Shown here piece by piece: positions 1 to 10,757 of a stretch of DNA of 64,000 bases (positions are counted from its first letter, which is position 1; each line of letters opens with the position of its first letter). The DNA lies in assembly GCF_004010195.1 (NCBI RefSeq), contig NW_025215381.1, forward strand, positions 20,037-84,036. The letters run 5' to 3'. The translations under genes were made by a program, and so were the position numbers. This stretch comes from Chiloscyllium plagiosum (lineage: Eukaryota). The notes beneath the pieces are model-generated. The model did not search any database. It was not told the DNA's origin and saw nothing but the letters and a program-made list of their open reading frames with translations.

Positions 1-408
1 TTTGAGATTGTTGCCATGTTCCTAACCTCCCTACACTCCAGGTCCTGCCCCCTAAAGCTACAGTCTGGGTTCCCATGCCCCTGCAGAGTTAGTTTAAAGC
101 CCCCCCCAAGAGCACTGGCGAACCTCCCACCAAGGATACTGGTGCCCCTCTGGTTCAGGTGCAGGCCATCCTGTTTATAGAGGTCCCACCTTCCCCAGAA
201 GGAACCCCAGTTATCCAAATACCGGAATCCCTCCCTCCTGCACCATCCCTGTAGCCACGCATTTAACTGTTCTCTCTCCCTATTCCTCGACTCTCTATCA
301 CGTGGCATGGGTAACAAACCAGAGACAACAACTCTGTTCATTCTAATTTTGAGCTTCCAACCTAGCTCCCTGAAAGCCTGCCTAACATCCTCAGGGCTCC
401 TCCTACCT
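1..408 (-). mobile_element. CR1-clade LINE fragment, ORF1 SGNH-esterase region
   Basis: The minus strand translates to RVVVSGLLPMPRDRESRNREREQLNAWLQGWCRREGFRYLDNWGSFWGRWDLYKQDGLHLNQRGTSILGGRF. DGLHL is the DxxH motif of CR1 ORF1 esterases. Confidence 0.85.
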
Positions 409-754
409 CTTCTGTGTTGTGGCACAGAAGAGGCCGATTGGCCCATCCAGTTTGATTCCCTTATCCAATTTCCTACATTCTCCTCCAGGCTCTTCACACA
501 GCTTCTATCCCAATAACTATTCAATGTTCCCATTGTTCCTTCATGGATGCACATAAATTCACGTTAGAATCTTCCAGTCTGAGCTAATGAAAGGGACTGT
601 GGGACAGTCTCTTTCAACTTCCCCAAACCAACCTCCCACCCCCTGTGTAACTTGGAGACTAACATTCTGCACTGCAACAATGAAATCCCTGTTACCTGAA
701 TACAGGCAATGGAGGCAGTCCAAATAAGGTTCACCAGTGCTGATCACAGGAAGA

Positions 755-1165
755 GGGGGATTCCTGTACGAGGAAGGGGTGAATAGGGCTGGTGTAGTAC
801 TCATGGGAATTTCGAAGAATGGGATGGTACCTTATTGAAACATAAAATATTCTTAAGGGACTTGACAGGGTAGATGTGTTGAGTTTGTTTCCCCTTATGG
901 GAGAGTCATGGAACAGAGGGCACCCTTATCGGAAAGGGGTCACCCATTTAATAGAGTCTTGTCATGGAGGATATTAGTCCTGTGGAGTTCTTCATCAAAC
1001 AGGGTTAGGGGGGCCTGATTTATTATAATTGATTTTTAATTCATAATGAAAGTAAAGGTTATGGGGGAAAGGCAAGAAAGTAGAGATGGGGATGATCCGA
1101 TCGGCTGCGATCTCATTGACCGGCAGAGTAGACTCATTTGACTGAATGGCCTGCTTCTCTGTTAT
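755..1165 (+). mobile_element. decayed CR1-clade LINE 3' end
   Basis: Degenerate ORF2 C-terminus (cttattgaaacataaaatattcttaagggacttgacagggtagatg) followed by a 3' tail (gatctcattgac...gactgaatggcctgcttct). Confidence 0.65.
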
Positions 1166-1649
1166 GGACAAAACATGAAAATGAAACGTTCTGAAATGTC
1201 TCACATATTAATTATAGAAACGAATATTGAGTTGTCAATGTGACGCATCATCAGATATTGGAGACGTGAATACAGCATTATTCAAAGGTTTGGTTTAAAG
1301 GACAGAGGGAGCGAGGATTGGAAGATTATGAGATGGAATTTGACTGCTGAAAGTATGCTGGCCCATGATGGTTCACATCACATGCAGGACCTCAGATTCG
1401 AAGCAGTCCTCAAAGTGTTTCAGAGAGTGAGAGATTGCAGAGCTACTGTATGGCTGAGAAACCCAATGGAATTCAGACACACAACTGAATGAAGCCCAGA
1501 AGTCACAAAAAACATGCATGGCATAGCAACACCAGTTGAGAAGACTGAATGATCTCATCCTTTTGCCCACCTCCACCCATCCCTCGCATATCTCCACAAA
1601 GTAAAGGCTTTGGTCCTGGAAATCTTAAGTAGTCATTGATGAAGTGACT

Positions 1650-1822
1650 CGGTAGGTCTGGCAGCATCTGTGCAGAGACATTAAAAGAAAAGCAGAGTTC
1701 AGGTTTCCAGTCTGCTTTCACTCTACAGAATGTCTTCAGAACTAGAACTCGAAAGTGAGCAGTGTTTTTCTCACACCTTGGATGCTGCTAGACCGGCTTG
1801 GGATTTCTACAGCATTCTCCAT
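1650..1822. mobile_element. highly decayed palindromic Penelope-like terminal repeat pair
   Basis: ggtctggcagcatctg...gatgctgctagacc form inverted arms related to the gatgctgc/gcagcatc PLE tails at 3168 and 7513. Confidence 0.45.
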
Positions 1823-2394
1823 GGTCGACTTTCTCACCTCCCACCGACACCCAGAGTTCCTTTTCAAAATCAGGACCAAAGGCCTCTGTCAACATCAGCG
1901 ACGCAAGCAGCAAAATCAATGCTTTCACCATCCTCTGCTGATCACTGTCCGGCCAAAATGTGAGGCGCAGGTGCACCGGAGCATGTTATATGAACAAACA
2001 GACAGTTCAGTAGTTAATCATCACACAGCTACAGAGGGCTTAGTCACCACTTTCAATGTGATAAAGGGCCAGGCCACTGACTAAGTCCAGTGTGAATGGG
2101 GGGGAAATGGTGCATGCTTGTTACATCAAGCTCTTTGTAGATGTCACGGCACATGGAACCTGTGAATTGTGACTTTGAATTTCTATCCTACTGCACTGCA
2201 GGATCCGGGAACAGAAGAGACTTCCTCAGAGTGAAGTCAGCAGCATTAGCTGAGCCTGGGAAGTCTGCGAAATCGATTCCAGCATCTGCCTGATCACTTT
2301 TGATCAAATACCGTCTGCCAAGGCCGGATTAGAACTGAAATCCTCAAAATGAGAATTGGGACTCGCCTGAGAACAGTCCAGTAATAGAATGACT

Positions 2395-2910
2395 AGGCCA
2401 TGAACTCCTGAATAATCTCATCCCATCTCATTCCAATCCCATTTTCCAGCACTTGGCCCACAGCATTGCATCACATTGAGAACATCAAACAGTACAGCAC
2501 AACAACTGGTAATTTGGTCTGTGCCAGCCATGATGCCATTCTGCTCTAATTCCACTTAACTGCTTATCCCTCTATTCCTGCCGATTGATTTGTCTGTCCA
2601 ACTGCCTCTTAAACTTTGTAAATGCAACTGCTTCGACCATCTCCTCTTGTAGCATCTTCCAAGTACTAACCACCTTCTTCGTAAAAAAACTTTCCTCACA
2701 CATCTCCTTTAAACCTTTTCCTTTTCCTTAAACTTATACCCCTAGTATTTGACATTTCCACCCTGGGATAAAGACTATCCACCCTATGCATGCCTCTAAG
2801 ATAATCTTTAAGCCTCAACCATCTCGTGAAGATGATCCAAGTTTGCCGAAATTCACATTACAGCTAATATACTCTAATCCATGCAACATCCTGGTAAACC
2901 CTCTTGTTCT
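2395..2910 (-). mobile_element. CR1-clade LINE 3' fragments
   Basis: Reverse-strand CR1 3' motifs (gacatttccaccctggga, ccatgcaacatcctggtaaacc). Confidence 0.65.
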
Positions 2911-3580
2911 TGAGAAACTTCATGAGGATGATCGCAGGTACAAAAGGACTGCCTTATGAGGTGAGGTTGAGTAGATTGGCCCTGTAATTATTGAAGTTTG
3001 GAAGAATGAGAGGCAAGTTTATAGAAACATTCAAGATTCTTAGGTGACTTGATAGGCTAAATGCAGAAAGTTTGTTTCCTCTTTTGGGAGAGCTTACAAC
3101 CAGAGGGCATTGTCTCCGAATAAGGCACCATCCATTTAAGGCAGAGCTAAGAAGAAATTTCTTCCAGGAGAAAGTGAGGACTGCAGATGCCATAGATCAG
3201 AATCGAGAGTGTGGCACTGGAAAAGCACAGCAGGCAGCATCCGAGAAGCAGGAGAATCAATGTTTCGGGCATCAGCCCTTCATCAGGAATTCCTGCTCCT
3301 CAGATGCTGCCGGACCTGCTGTGCTTTTGCATCAACACACTCTTGACAAGGAATTTCCTATATCAGAGAATAGTGAATTGTGGAATTTTTTACCGAAGGC
3401 GGCTATGGAGTTTGGGTTCTTAAGTGCATTCAAGGCTATGACAGAGAGACTTTTTTTAACTATGAATGGAATGAATGGTTGTGGAGAAAAGGCAGGAAAG
3501 TGGATTTGAGGATGATCAGATCAGCTATGATCTCACTGAGTGGTGGAACAGTCTCAGTGGTGAGAATGTTCTCTTTGCAT
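2911..3580 (+). mobile_element. CR1-clade LINE 3' fragment interrupted by a PLE palindrome
   Basis: Reads ...FPLLGELTTRGHCLRIRHHPFKAELRRNFF / YQRIVN.WNFLP..., the typical ORF2 C-terminus, split at about 3167-3348. Confidence 0.75.
3168..3347 (-). mobile_element. Penelope-like solo terminal palindrome with decayed hammerhead motif
   Basis: Inverted arms gcacagcagg..cagcatccgag / ctcagatgctgcc..cctgctgtgc. The minus strand has CTGATGA-a-GGGC-tgat-GCCC-GAAAC-ATT. Confidence 0.7.
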
Positions 3581-3949
3581 TAGAGTAAAACTACACAGAA
3601 TGCTCCAGGGGTAATCTCAACAAGTCCCTCTATAACATCAGTGAGGCATCCCAAATCTGAACTCCAATCATCTTGTAATGAAGGCCAACATACTACCTGC
3701 CTTCCTCATGGCTTGCTGCGGGTCAGGCAGTGAGGAAACTGTTGATACACAGTGTGGGCAAGTTTCCAAGCAGCTTTAGAGAAGGGTCAGAGAGGATGGC
3801 GATTGGTTCCACCTCAGCAGTTAATATTGAAGAAAACAATAGCAACTCATATGAAATGTGTAACCATTTGAAGACAACTGGTGGTGGTTTAACCTAAAGG
3901 TCACCACACCCCGGGCAATGGGAGAGATTGAGACAGTGGGATCTGCGCG

Positions 3950-4815
3950 TATTAATGACTTGTAACAAAAAAGTGAATGTTCTGTGTTCAAAATTGCAGG
4001 AGGGGTAAAACTGTTTAAAGATAGATATTTAGTGGGGGAAATGTTGGAAAATAGTGTATAATGTGGGAAGATAAGCGGTTGTTCATCATGGAAGGGAGAA
4101 CAAAACATCAGAATATTCTTTAAATGGAAAAAGGTGCAACACAAAAGGACTTGGGAGAGACTTGTGCATGAAACATAGAAACATAGTACGCAGTGACAGG
4201 AGGTAATTGGGAAGGGTAATGGAATTCTGGTCCTTATTTCAAGCAGATTGGATATAAGAATAGAGACGTCTTACTAAAACTGCACAATATGTTGGTGAGA
4301 CTACAATGGCATCCTGTGGGTAGTTTGGTCCCTTTATTTAAGCAATTCAGGGAAGATTCTTGGTATGCAGGGACTGTTTTATGAGCAAAGGCTAAAGCAC
4401 TTGGAACTGCACTTACTGAAGAAAAGAAGAATTAAAGGTGATCTCAGGTGATATATATTGGATGCTTAAGGGATTTGATAGGGTAAATGCTGAAAAGATG
4501 TTTCCCCTCCTGGGACCAGAGACTTCGAGTAAAGGAACTTCAGTTTAAGACTGAGATGAGCAGGAATTTCTTCACTCGGAGGGTTTGAATATTTGGAACT
4601 CCTTGCCACAGAGAGCTGTGGGGACCAGGATCCTTGTGCGTTTTTAAGACTTTGATAGATAGATTCTTGATTAGTCGGGGAATCAAGGAGTACAGAGAAA
4701 GGTCAAGAAAGTGGATGTGAGGAATGTTGGAACAGCCATGATCCTGTTGAATATCAGCGCAGTTCTGCAAGGTAGAAGGACCTACTCCATGTCCTATCTC
4801 TCAGAATAGTATAGA
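3950..4815 (+). mobile_element. decayed CR1-clade LINE (RT C-terminus and 3' end)
   Basis: Degenerate W..QFN / DLG..VH / FKTEMSRNFFTRRV motifs and a 3' tail. Confidence 0.7.
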
Positions 4816-4957
4816 ACATCCTGTACTTTCATGTGCACTCAAATACAGAAGGACAGGCATACAGTGAAAAGTTTCACAATATCACCTGTTATGGCGCAAT
4901 CTTCGATACAAGCACTTAGATATAAATTGTAGATAGAAAAGAGGAATACAAAGAAAA

Positions 4958-5303
4958 GTAGAATTAGAATCCTTCCAGTGTGGAAATAGGCCAGTTGGCC
5001 GAACAAGTCCTCTGAAGAGTATCTCACCCAGACCTGGACCCATACCCTATTAGTCAACATTTACCCCTGACGTATGTTCCTAACCTACACATCTCTGAAC
5101 ACTATGGACAATTTAGCATAGCCAATTCACCTCATCTGCACATCTTTGGCTTGTGGGAGGAAACCGGAGCACCCGGAGGAAACCCATGCAGACACAGGGA
5201 GAGTGTGCAAATTCCACACAGACAGTCGCCCGAGGATGGAATCAAGCCCAAGTCCCTGGCGCTGTGAAGCAGCAGTGCTAACCACTGAGCCACCGTGCTG
5301 CCC
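4958..5303 (-). mobile_element. HE1-type tRNA-derived V-SINE
   Basis: Reverse complement of ggcagcacggtggctcagtggttagcactgctgc (A box) and the V-domain tgggtttcctccgggtgctccggtttcctccc. Confidence 0.9.
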
Positions 5304-6970
5304 CCCCCCCCCCACCTCGGCCAATGCACCGGGGCTATTTCCCCACATTTTCTGCTACTCCGACTCCCTCCCCATGCTGGCCTCCTTCCAGGACTACTTT
5401 CCCCACCTCGGCCAATGCACTGGGGCTATTTCCATACATAGAACATAGAACATTACGCCGCCTGTCATACTAATCTGAAGCCCATCCCACTTACACTATT
5501 CCATATGCCTGTCCAATGACGACTTAAATGTACTTAAACTTGGTGAATCTACTACCGTTGCAGGCAAAGCATTCCATACCCTTACTACTCTCTGAGTAAA
5601 GAAACTACCTCTGACATCTGTCTTATACCTGTCTCCTCTCACTTTAAAGTTGTGTCCCCTCATGTTTGTCGTTCCCATACTTGGATGGTCTTGATGATCT
5701 TGTATGTCTCTATTAAGTCACCTCACAACCTTCTTCTCTCTAATGAGAACAGCCTCAAGGCCCTCAGCCTTTCCTCGTAAGACATTCCTTCCATATCAGG
5801 CAACATCCTAGTAAATCTTCTCTGCACCCATTCCAAAGCTTCCACATTCTTCTTATAATGTGGTGACCAGAACTGTACACAATACTCCAAGTGCGGCCGT
5901 ACCAGAGCTTTGTACAGCTGCCGCATAACCTCCTGGTTCCGGAACTCAATCCCTCTATTAATGAAGGCCAAAACACTGTATGCCTTCTTAACAACCCTGT
6001 CAATCTGTGTGGCAACTTTCAGGGATCTGTGTACATGGACACCGAGATCTCTCTGCTCATCTACACTCCCAAGAATCTTACCATTAGCCCAGTACTTTGC
6101 ATTCTGATTACTCCGTCCAAAGTGTATCACCTCACACTTGTCCACATTAAACTCCATTTGCCACCTCTCAGCCCAGCTCTGCATCCTATATATGTCTTTC
6201 TACAACCTACTACATCCTTCGTCACTATTCACAAATCCACTGACCTTAGTGTCATCCCAATATTATCCTTGGTTGGCCCTAAGTTAACTCTCGTCATTCT
6301 TTTATTCCTGACATACCTATGGAAAACCTTACGGTTAACCCTGATCCTATCCGCGAACAACTTCTCATGTCTCCTCCTGGCTCTTCTGAGCTCTCTTTTT
6401 AGGTCTTTCCTGACTTCCTTGTAACCCTCAAGCGCCCTAACTGAGTTTTCACATTTTGTCCTAACATAAGCCTTCTGCTTCTTGATCAGAGATTCCACTT
6501 CCTTAGTTATCCATGGCTCTCACGTTCTATATCTTCCTCTCTGCCTGACAGGTACATACTTATCTATGACACACAGGAGTTTTTCTTTGAATAAGCTCCA
6601 AATTTTTAATGTGCTCATCCCCATTCTATGCTTCCTAAATCTTTCCAAATTGCATCGTAATTTCCCTTCCTCAGATATTGTCTGCTGTTCCAGGACTGCC
6701 TCCGTCACTGCGGCCAAATGCACTAGGGCTATTTCCACACATTGTCTGCTGCTCCAGGACTGCCTCCCCCATCGCAGCCAATGCACTGGGGCTATTTTCT
6801 CATGTTTTGTACTGCTCCAGGACTGCCTCCCCATGCTTGCTGCGGCTCCAGGATTCACCTCCACGACCTACCATCTCTCCATTTAAGGGGAAAAAAGGGA
6901 GAAAAACCATAAAAAGAATAGGCAGAGCAGAAGAACTCTGATTGGAGCCTCTTTCTCTGCCGTCATCTTG
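5304..6970 (-). mobile_element. probable L1-like 5' fragment with ~63-bp tandem repeats (5304-5438 and 6676-6970), split by a CR1 insertion
   Basis: The unit ccaggactgcctcc...gccaatgcactggggctattt starts at 6690, 6754 and 6817, and recurs at about 5318-5435. The minus-strand 5' end CAAGATGACGG resembles the L1 start at 25421-25431. Confidence 0.45.
5439..6675 (-). mobile_element. CR1/HER1-like LINE, internally deleted ORF2 with 3' end
   Basis: ORFs 5723-6184 (WQMEFNVDKCEVIHFG...LVRPHLEYCVQFWSPH) and 6229-6498; tail reads catagaacatagaac on the plus strand. Confidence 0.92.
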
Positions 6971-7384
6971 TTGTTTATTCTTATGACTTTTTTTTCGGCT
7001 GGTGCAGGAATTAAATCTTCATTGTTGGCATCACCTTGCATCGCATTCCAGCTAACCAGCCAACTGAGCTAGCCAACCCCAAAAGCGACACAACAATGAT
7101 ATAAATATGGGAAGTTCAAAGACCGTATGCATATGATGATACACAGGAATCGGTCAAGATAGAGCCAGGAAAGCTAATTGAGAAATAGAAAAGGAGAGGT
7201 TGTAGGGAATATTCAGGAGGGAGAAAAGGGAAGTGAGAGGGAGAGAGAGAGAGTGGGGGTGGGGGGGTGGGGTGGAGATTCAGAGAGAGTCAGGGAGAGG
7301 TAGCGAGATTCCTGCAGCAGCTGAATATCCAAATATCAGTTCATCCAAACTGTTGCCATTGTGTCAATGTAGATAATATTTCTT

Positions 7385-7750
7385 TGTGTGTGTGTGTTTA
7401 GGCGTGATTGTGAATGCCAGTGTGTGAGTGCATTTTACTGTGTATACATGTTTTTGTACGGAATCTTTGTAAGTGAGTGTATGCATGAGAAAGTGCGTAT
7501 ATCTGTGTGTACAGTCCTGAAGAAGGGTCCTGCCTGAAACATCGACCCTCTTGCTCCTCGGATGCTGCTGGACCTGCTGTGCTTTTTCCAGCGCCACGCT
7601 TTATCAACTCTGACTCTCCAGCATCTGCAGTCCTCACTTTCTCATGTGTGTATGTGCATGTGATTGCGAGTGTGCACTTGTCAATAATTGTGTGCATGGG
7701 TGTGTATATTGTCTATGTGTGTCCTGTGACAGAGGATATGTGTGTGTCCT
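7385..7750. repeat. degenerate (GT)n-rich low-complexity tract
   Basis: Repeated gtgtgt/gtgtat motifs. Confidence 0.75.
7513..7643 (+). mobile_element. Penelope-like solo 3' terminus with decayed hammerhead, inserted in the GT tract
   Basis: GTC-CTGAAGA-a-GGG-tcctg-CCT-GAAAC-ATC-GAC followed by the same tail as 3168 (ctccagcatctgcagtcctcactttctc); tgtgtgta on both flanks. Confidence 0.7.
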
Positions 7751-7789
7751 CTCTGATTGTTTAAGTACTGTGTTTGTTTGAGTCATGGA

Positions 7790-7975
7790 AAAAAACATCT
7801 GGTTCACTAATGTTCTTAAGGGAAGGAATCTGCCATCCTATCTGGTCTGTTCTACATTTGACTCTGGACCCACAGCAATGTGGATGACTCTTAACTGCCC
7901 TCTGGTCAATTAGGGACGAGCAATGAATGCTGGCCTAGCCAGCGACACCCTCATCTCATGAGTGAACAAACAAAA
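7790..7975 (+). mobile_element. shark SINE 3' part (ctggttcactaatg family)
   Basis: catctggttcactaatg...gggaagg...gactcttaactgccctctg...gctggcctagccagcgac. Related copies at 8000-8140 (-) and 47270-47450 (+). Confidence 0.6.
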
Positions 7976-7999
7976 AATGTTTGTAGGATAAAAGCCAAC

Positions 8000-8140
8000 A
8001 GTTATTGCTTGTCCCTTACTGTCCAAATGGCATTAGGAATGAACTAAATTACTCTGAATCGGGAGTCACATGTAAATTAGGCTAGGTAATGATTGCAGGT
8101 TTCCTTCCTTAAAGGACATTAATGAAGTAGATAGTTTCTC
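8000..8140 (-). mobile_element. decayed copy of the same SINE, opposite orientation
   Basis: ggagtcacatgta...ttccttccttaaaggacattaatgaagtagat is approximately the reverse complement of 7796-7866. Confidence 0.55.
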
Positions 8141-8184
8141 GTTTTACCCTGCCACCCCTCCCGACCCTGATAATCAACAACATT

Positions 8185-9125
8185 TATACATTTGCCATTC
8201 GTCTCTGAATTCGCTATGATCTCTCAGTCCCATGGTTCCAACCATGTCCTGAGTTCATCTGTCTTACCTGTCAGGCACACCCCCCTTACTAGTTTAAATC
8301 CTCTGGAGCAACTCAGGAAAATCTCGCCGCCAGTATATGAGTCCCCTTTCAATCCAGGTGCAACCTATCCTTCTTTTACATGTCACCACCACCCCAAAAG
8401 AGATTCCAATGATGCAAAAGTGTGAGTGCGTCTCCCCTGCACCATCTCCTCAGCCATGCATTCATCTTGCTCTATCCTCCTATTCCTGCCCTCACGAGCA
8501 TATGACACTGGAAGTAATCCAAATATTATTACATTTGCAGACCTGCTTTTTTAAGCTCCTGCCTAATTCCCTATATTCTTTGTTCGGAACCCTTGGACAC
8601 TTGTCTCTCTATGTCCTTGGATTCAATGTGTACAATTACCTCCAGCTGGTCTCTGTCTCCTTTGAGAATATTCTGCACTCTCTCTGAGGGATCCTTGACC
8701 CTGACACCCAGGAGGCATCATATCATATGATATCTCATTGCCGGCCACAGAAATGTCTGTCTGTGACTCAGACCAGAGAGTCCCTTATCACAGTCAATCA
8801 TTTGGAACCTGACTTACCCTTCATTATATTGGAGGCAATCTTGCTACTGGAAACCTGGCTGTCAGTGCTACCTTCCCATGAGAGTACCTCACCCCGACAT
8901 TTTCCAAAAACAGCATGCTTGTTTGAAAGGGTGATAGCCATAGGATACTCCTGCATGACCAGCCTCCCTCACCAACCTTTCCAATAGGTAACCCATCTAC
9001 CTGACTGTATATGTGGCTTTTCTCCTTTCCTATAAACTCCATCCAACCAACAGCTTCTATAATTTCCTCATTGCCTCTAACTACTTCTCTAGCCTAACAA
9101 TGCGATCTGATAGGATTCGTAACGA
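8185..9125 (-). mobile_element. CR1-clade LINE ORF1 (esterase) to ORF2 start, decayed
   Basis: The minus strand has HWNLFWG..D...KDRLHL..KGT, homologous to 1-408. Confidence 0.7.
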
Positions 9126-9127
9126 AG

Positions 9128-9710
9128 TTATTGAAGGGGATTTGGAGCGACAGGATTTACGTGCACTTGGAAAGGGATAGTTAACATGGCTTTTTGTGTG
9201 GGAAATTGGCACTCATTAACTTGATTGAGGTTTTTTAAGCGGCGATAAAGAAGACTGATGAAGGCAGAGCAGCAGACATTGTCGACATAGACTTCAGCAA
9301 GGTGGGTGACAATGTTCCACATGGAGTATTAGAGGCTGAGGAGTGACCATATAGACGTTTATAAAATCATGATAGGGTGAATAATCGAGGTCTTTTCCCC
9401 AGGTTAGGGGAGTCCAAAAGAAGAGCTTTAATTTGAGGGAGGATACATTTAGAACGGACCTAAGGGGCAACATTTTTTAAAAGCAGAGGGTGGTTTGAAT
9501 ATGGAACGAATTGCCAGAGGAGGTGAAGGAGGCGGGTGCAATTACAACATTTGAAAGGAATCTGGATGGGTATGTCAATAGGAAGGATTCAGAGGGATAT
9601 TGGTCAAATGCTGGCATGTGGGACTAGGTTTATCAAGGTTATCTGGTTAATGCTGGCAACTTTAGTAAAGAGCCTGTTACCATGCTATGCAACTCCATGA
9701 CTCTATGAAT
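9128..9710 (+). mobile_element. CR1-clade LINE, deleted RT piece and 3' end
   Basis: DEGRAADIVDIDFSK motif joined to RLRSDHIDVYKIM...RVV.IWNELP and an (atgactct) tail. Confidence 0.75.
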
Positions 9711-10757
9711 CTTGATTTGCAATTCTAAGGTAGCAAATTACAATTGGAATATTTGGAGTCGAAGCCAATTCATTTGTGGTTGATTCACTCGATCAAACTT
9801 CAGGTTCTGTTCATTTCAATTGCCGGGGTTGCCAGAGTTTAATAGTTTGGAGATCAAAGTTCACATAATAGAAGTCTAAGAATTTCCATTCATAAGAGTG
9901 ACCCAATATTTACTGACAGTGCTATTACTCGATCAGAATTAGAACCTGTACCAATTGTTTGTCTTGTTTTGCCTTGTGGAGAGGAAGGAATTGTTCGCAT
10001 TGTTAGCAGTTCAGTTTATTTAGACTAGAGAATGGAGCAGCACAAACGGCAGGCTCATTAACACTGCAGGCAATTGCAAAGGTCAAGGGAATACATGGTG
10101 TTGAGGGCAGGGGAGGGGATAATTTTGTTAATGAAGTGTCACATTTCATCAAGGTATGTAGGTAATCCCAACTACCTTCATCGAGTGGTTGTTATCGGAT
10201 GTGTACTGCCTGAGGGGGCACTGGAGCCAGATTCAATCACGGCTTTCAGGAGAGAGTNNNNNNNNNNNNNNNNNNNNNNNNNNNNNNNNNNNNNNNNNNN
10301 NNNNNNNNNNNNNNNNNNNNNNNNNNNNNNNNNNNNNNNNNNNNNNNNNNNNNNNNNNNNNNNNNNNNNNNNNNNNNNNNNNNNNNNNNNNNNNNNNNNN
10401 NNNNNNNNNNNNNNNNNNNNNNNNNNNNNNNNNNNNNNNNNNNNNNNNNNNNNNNNNNNNNNNNNNNNNNNNNNNNNNNNNNNNNNNNNNNNNNNNNNNN
10501 NNNNNNNNNNNNNNNNNNNNNNNNNNNNNNNNNNNNNNNNNNNNNNNNNNNNNNNNNNNNNNNNNNNNNNNNNNNNNNNNNNNNNNNNNNNNNNNNNNNN
10601 NNNNNNNNNNNNNNNNNNNNNNNNNNNNNNNNNNNNNNNNNNNNNNNNNNNNNNNNNNNNNNNNNNNNNNNNNNNNNNNNNNNNNNNNNNNNNNNNNNNN
10701 NNNNNNNNNNNNNNNNNNNNNNNNNNNNNNNNNNNNNNNNNNNNNNNNNNNNNNNNN

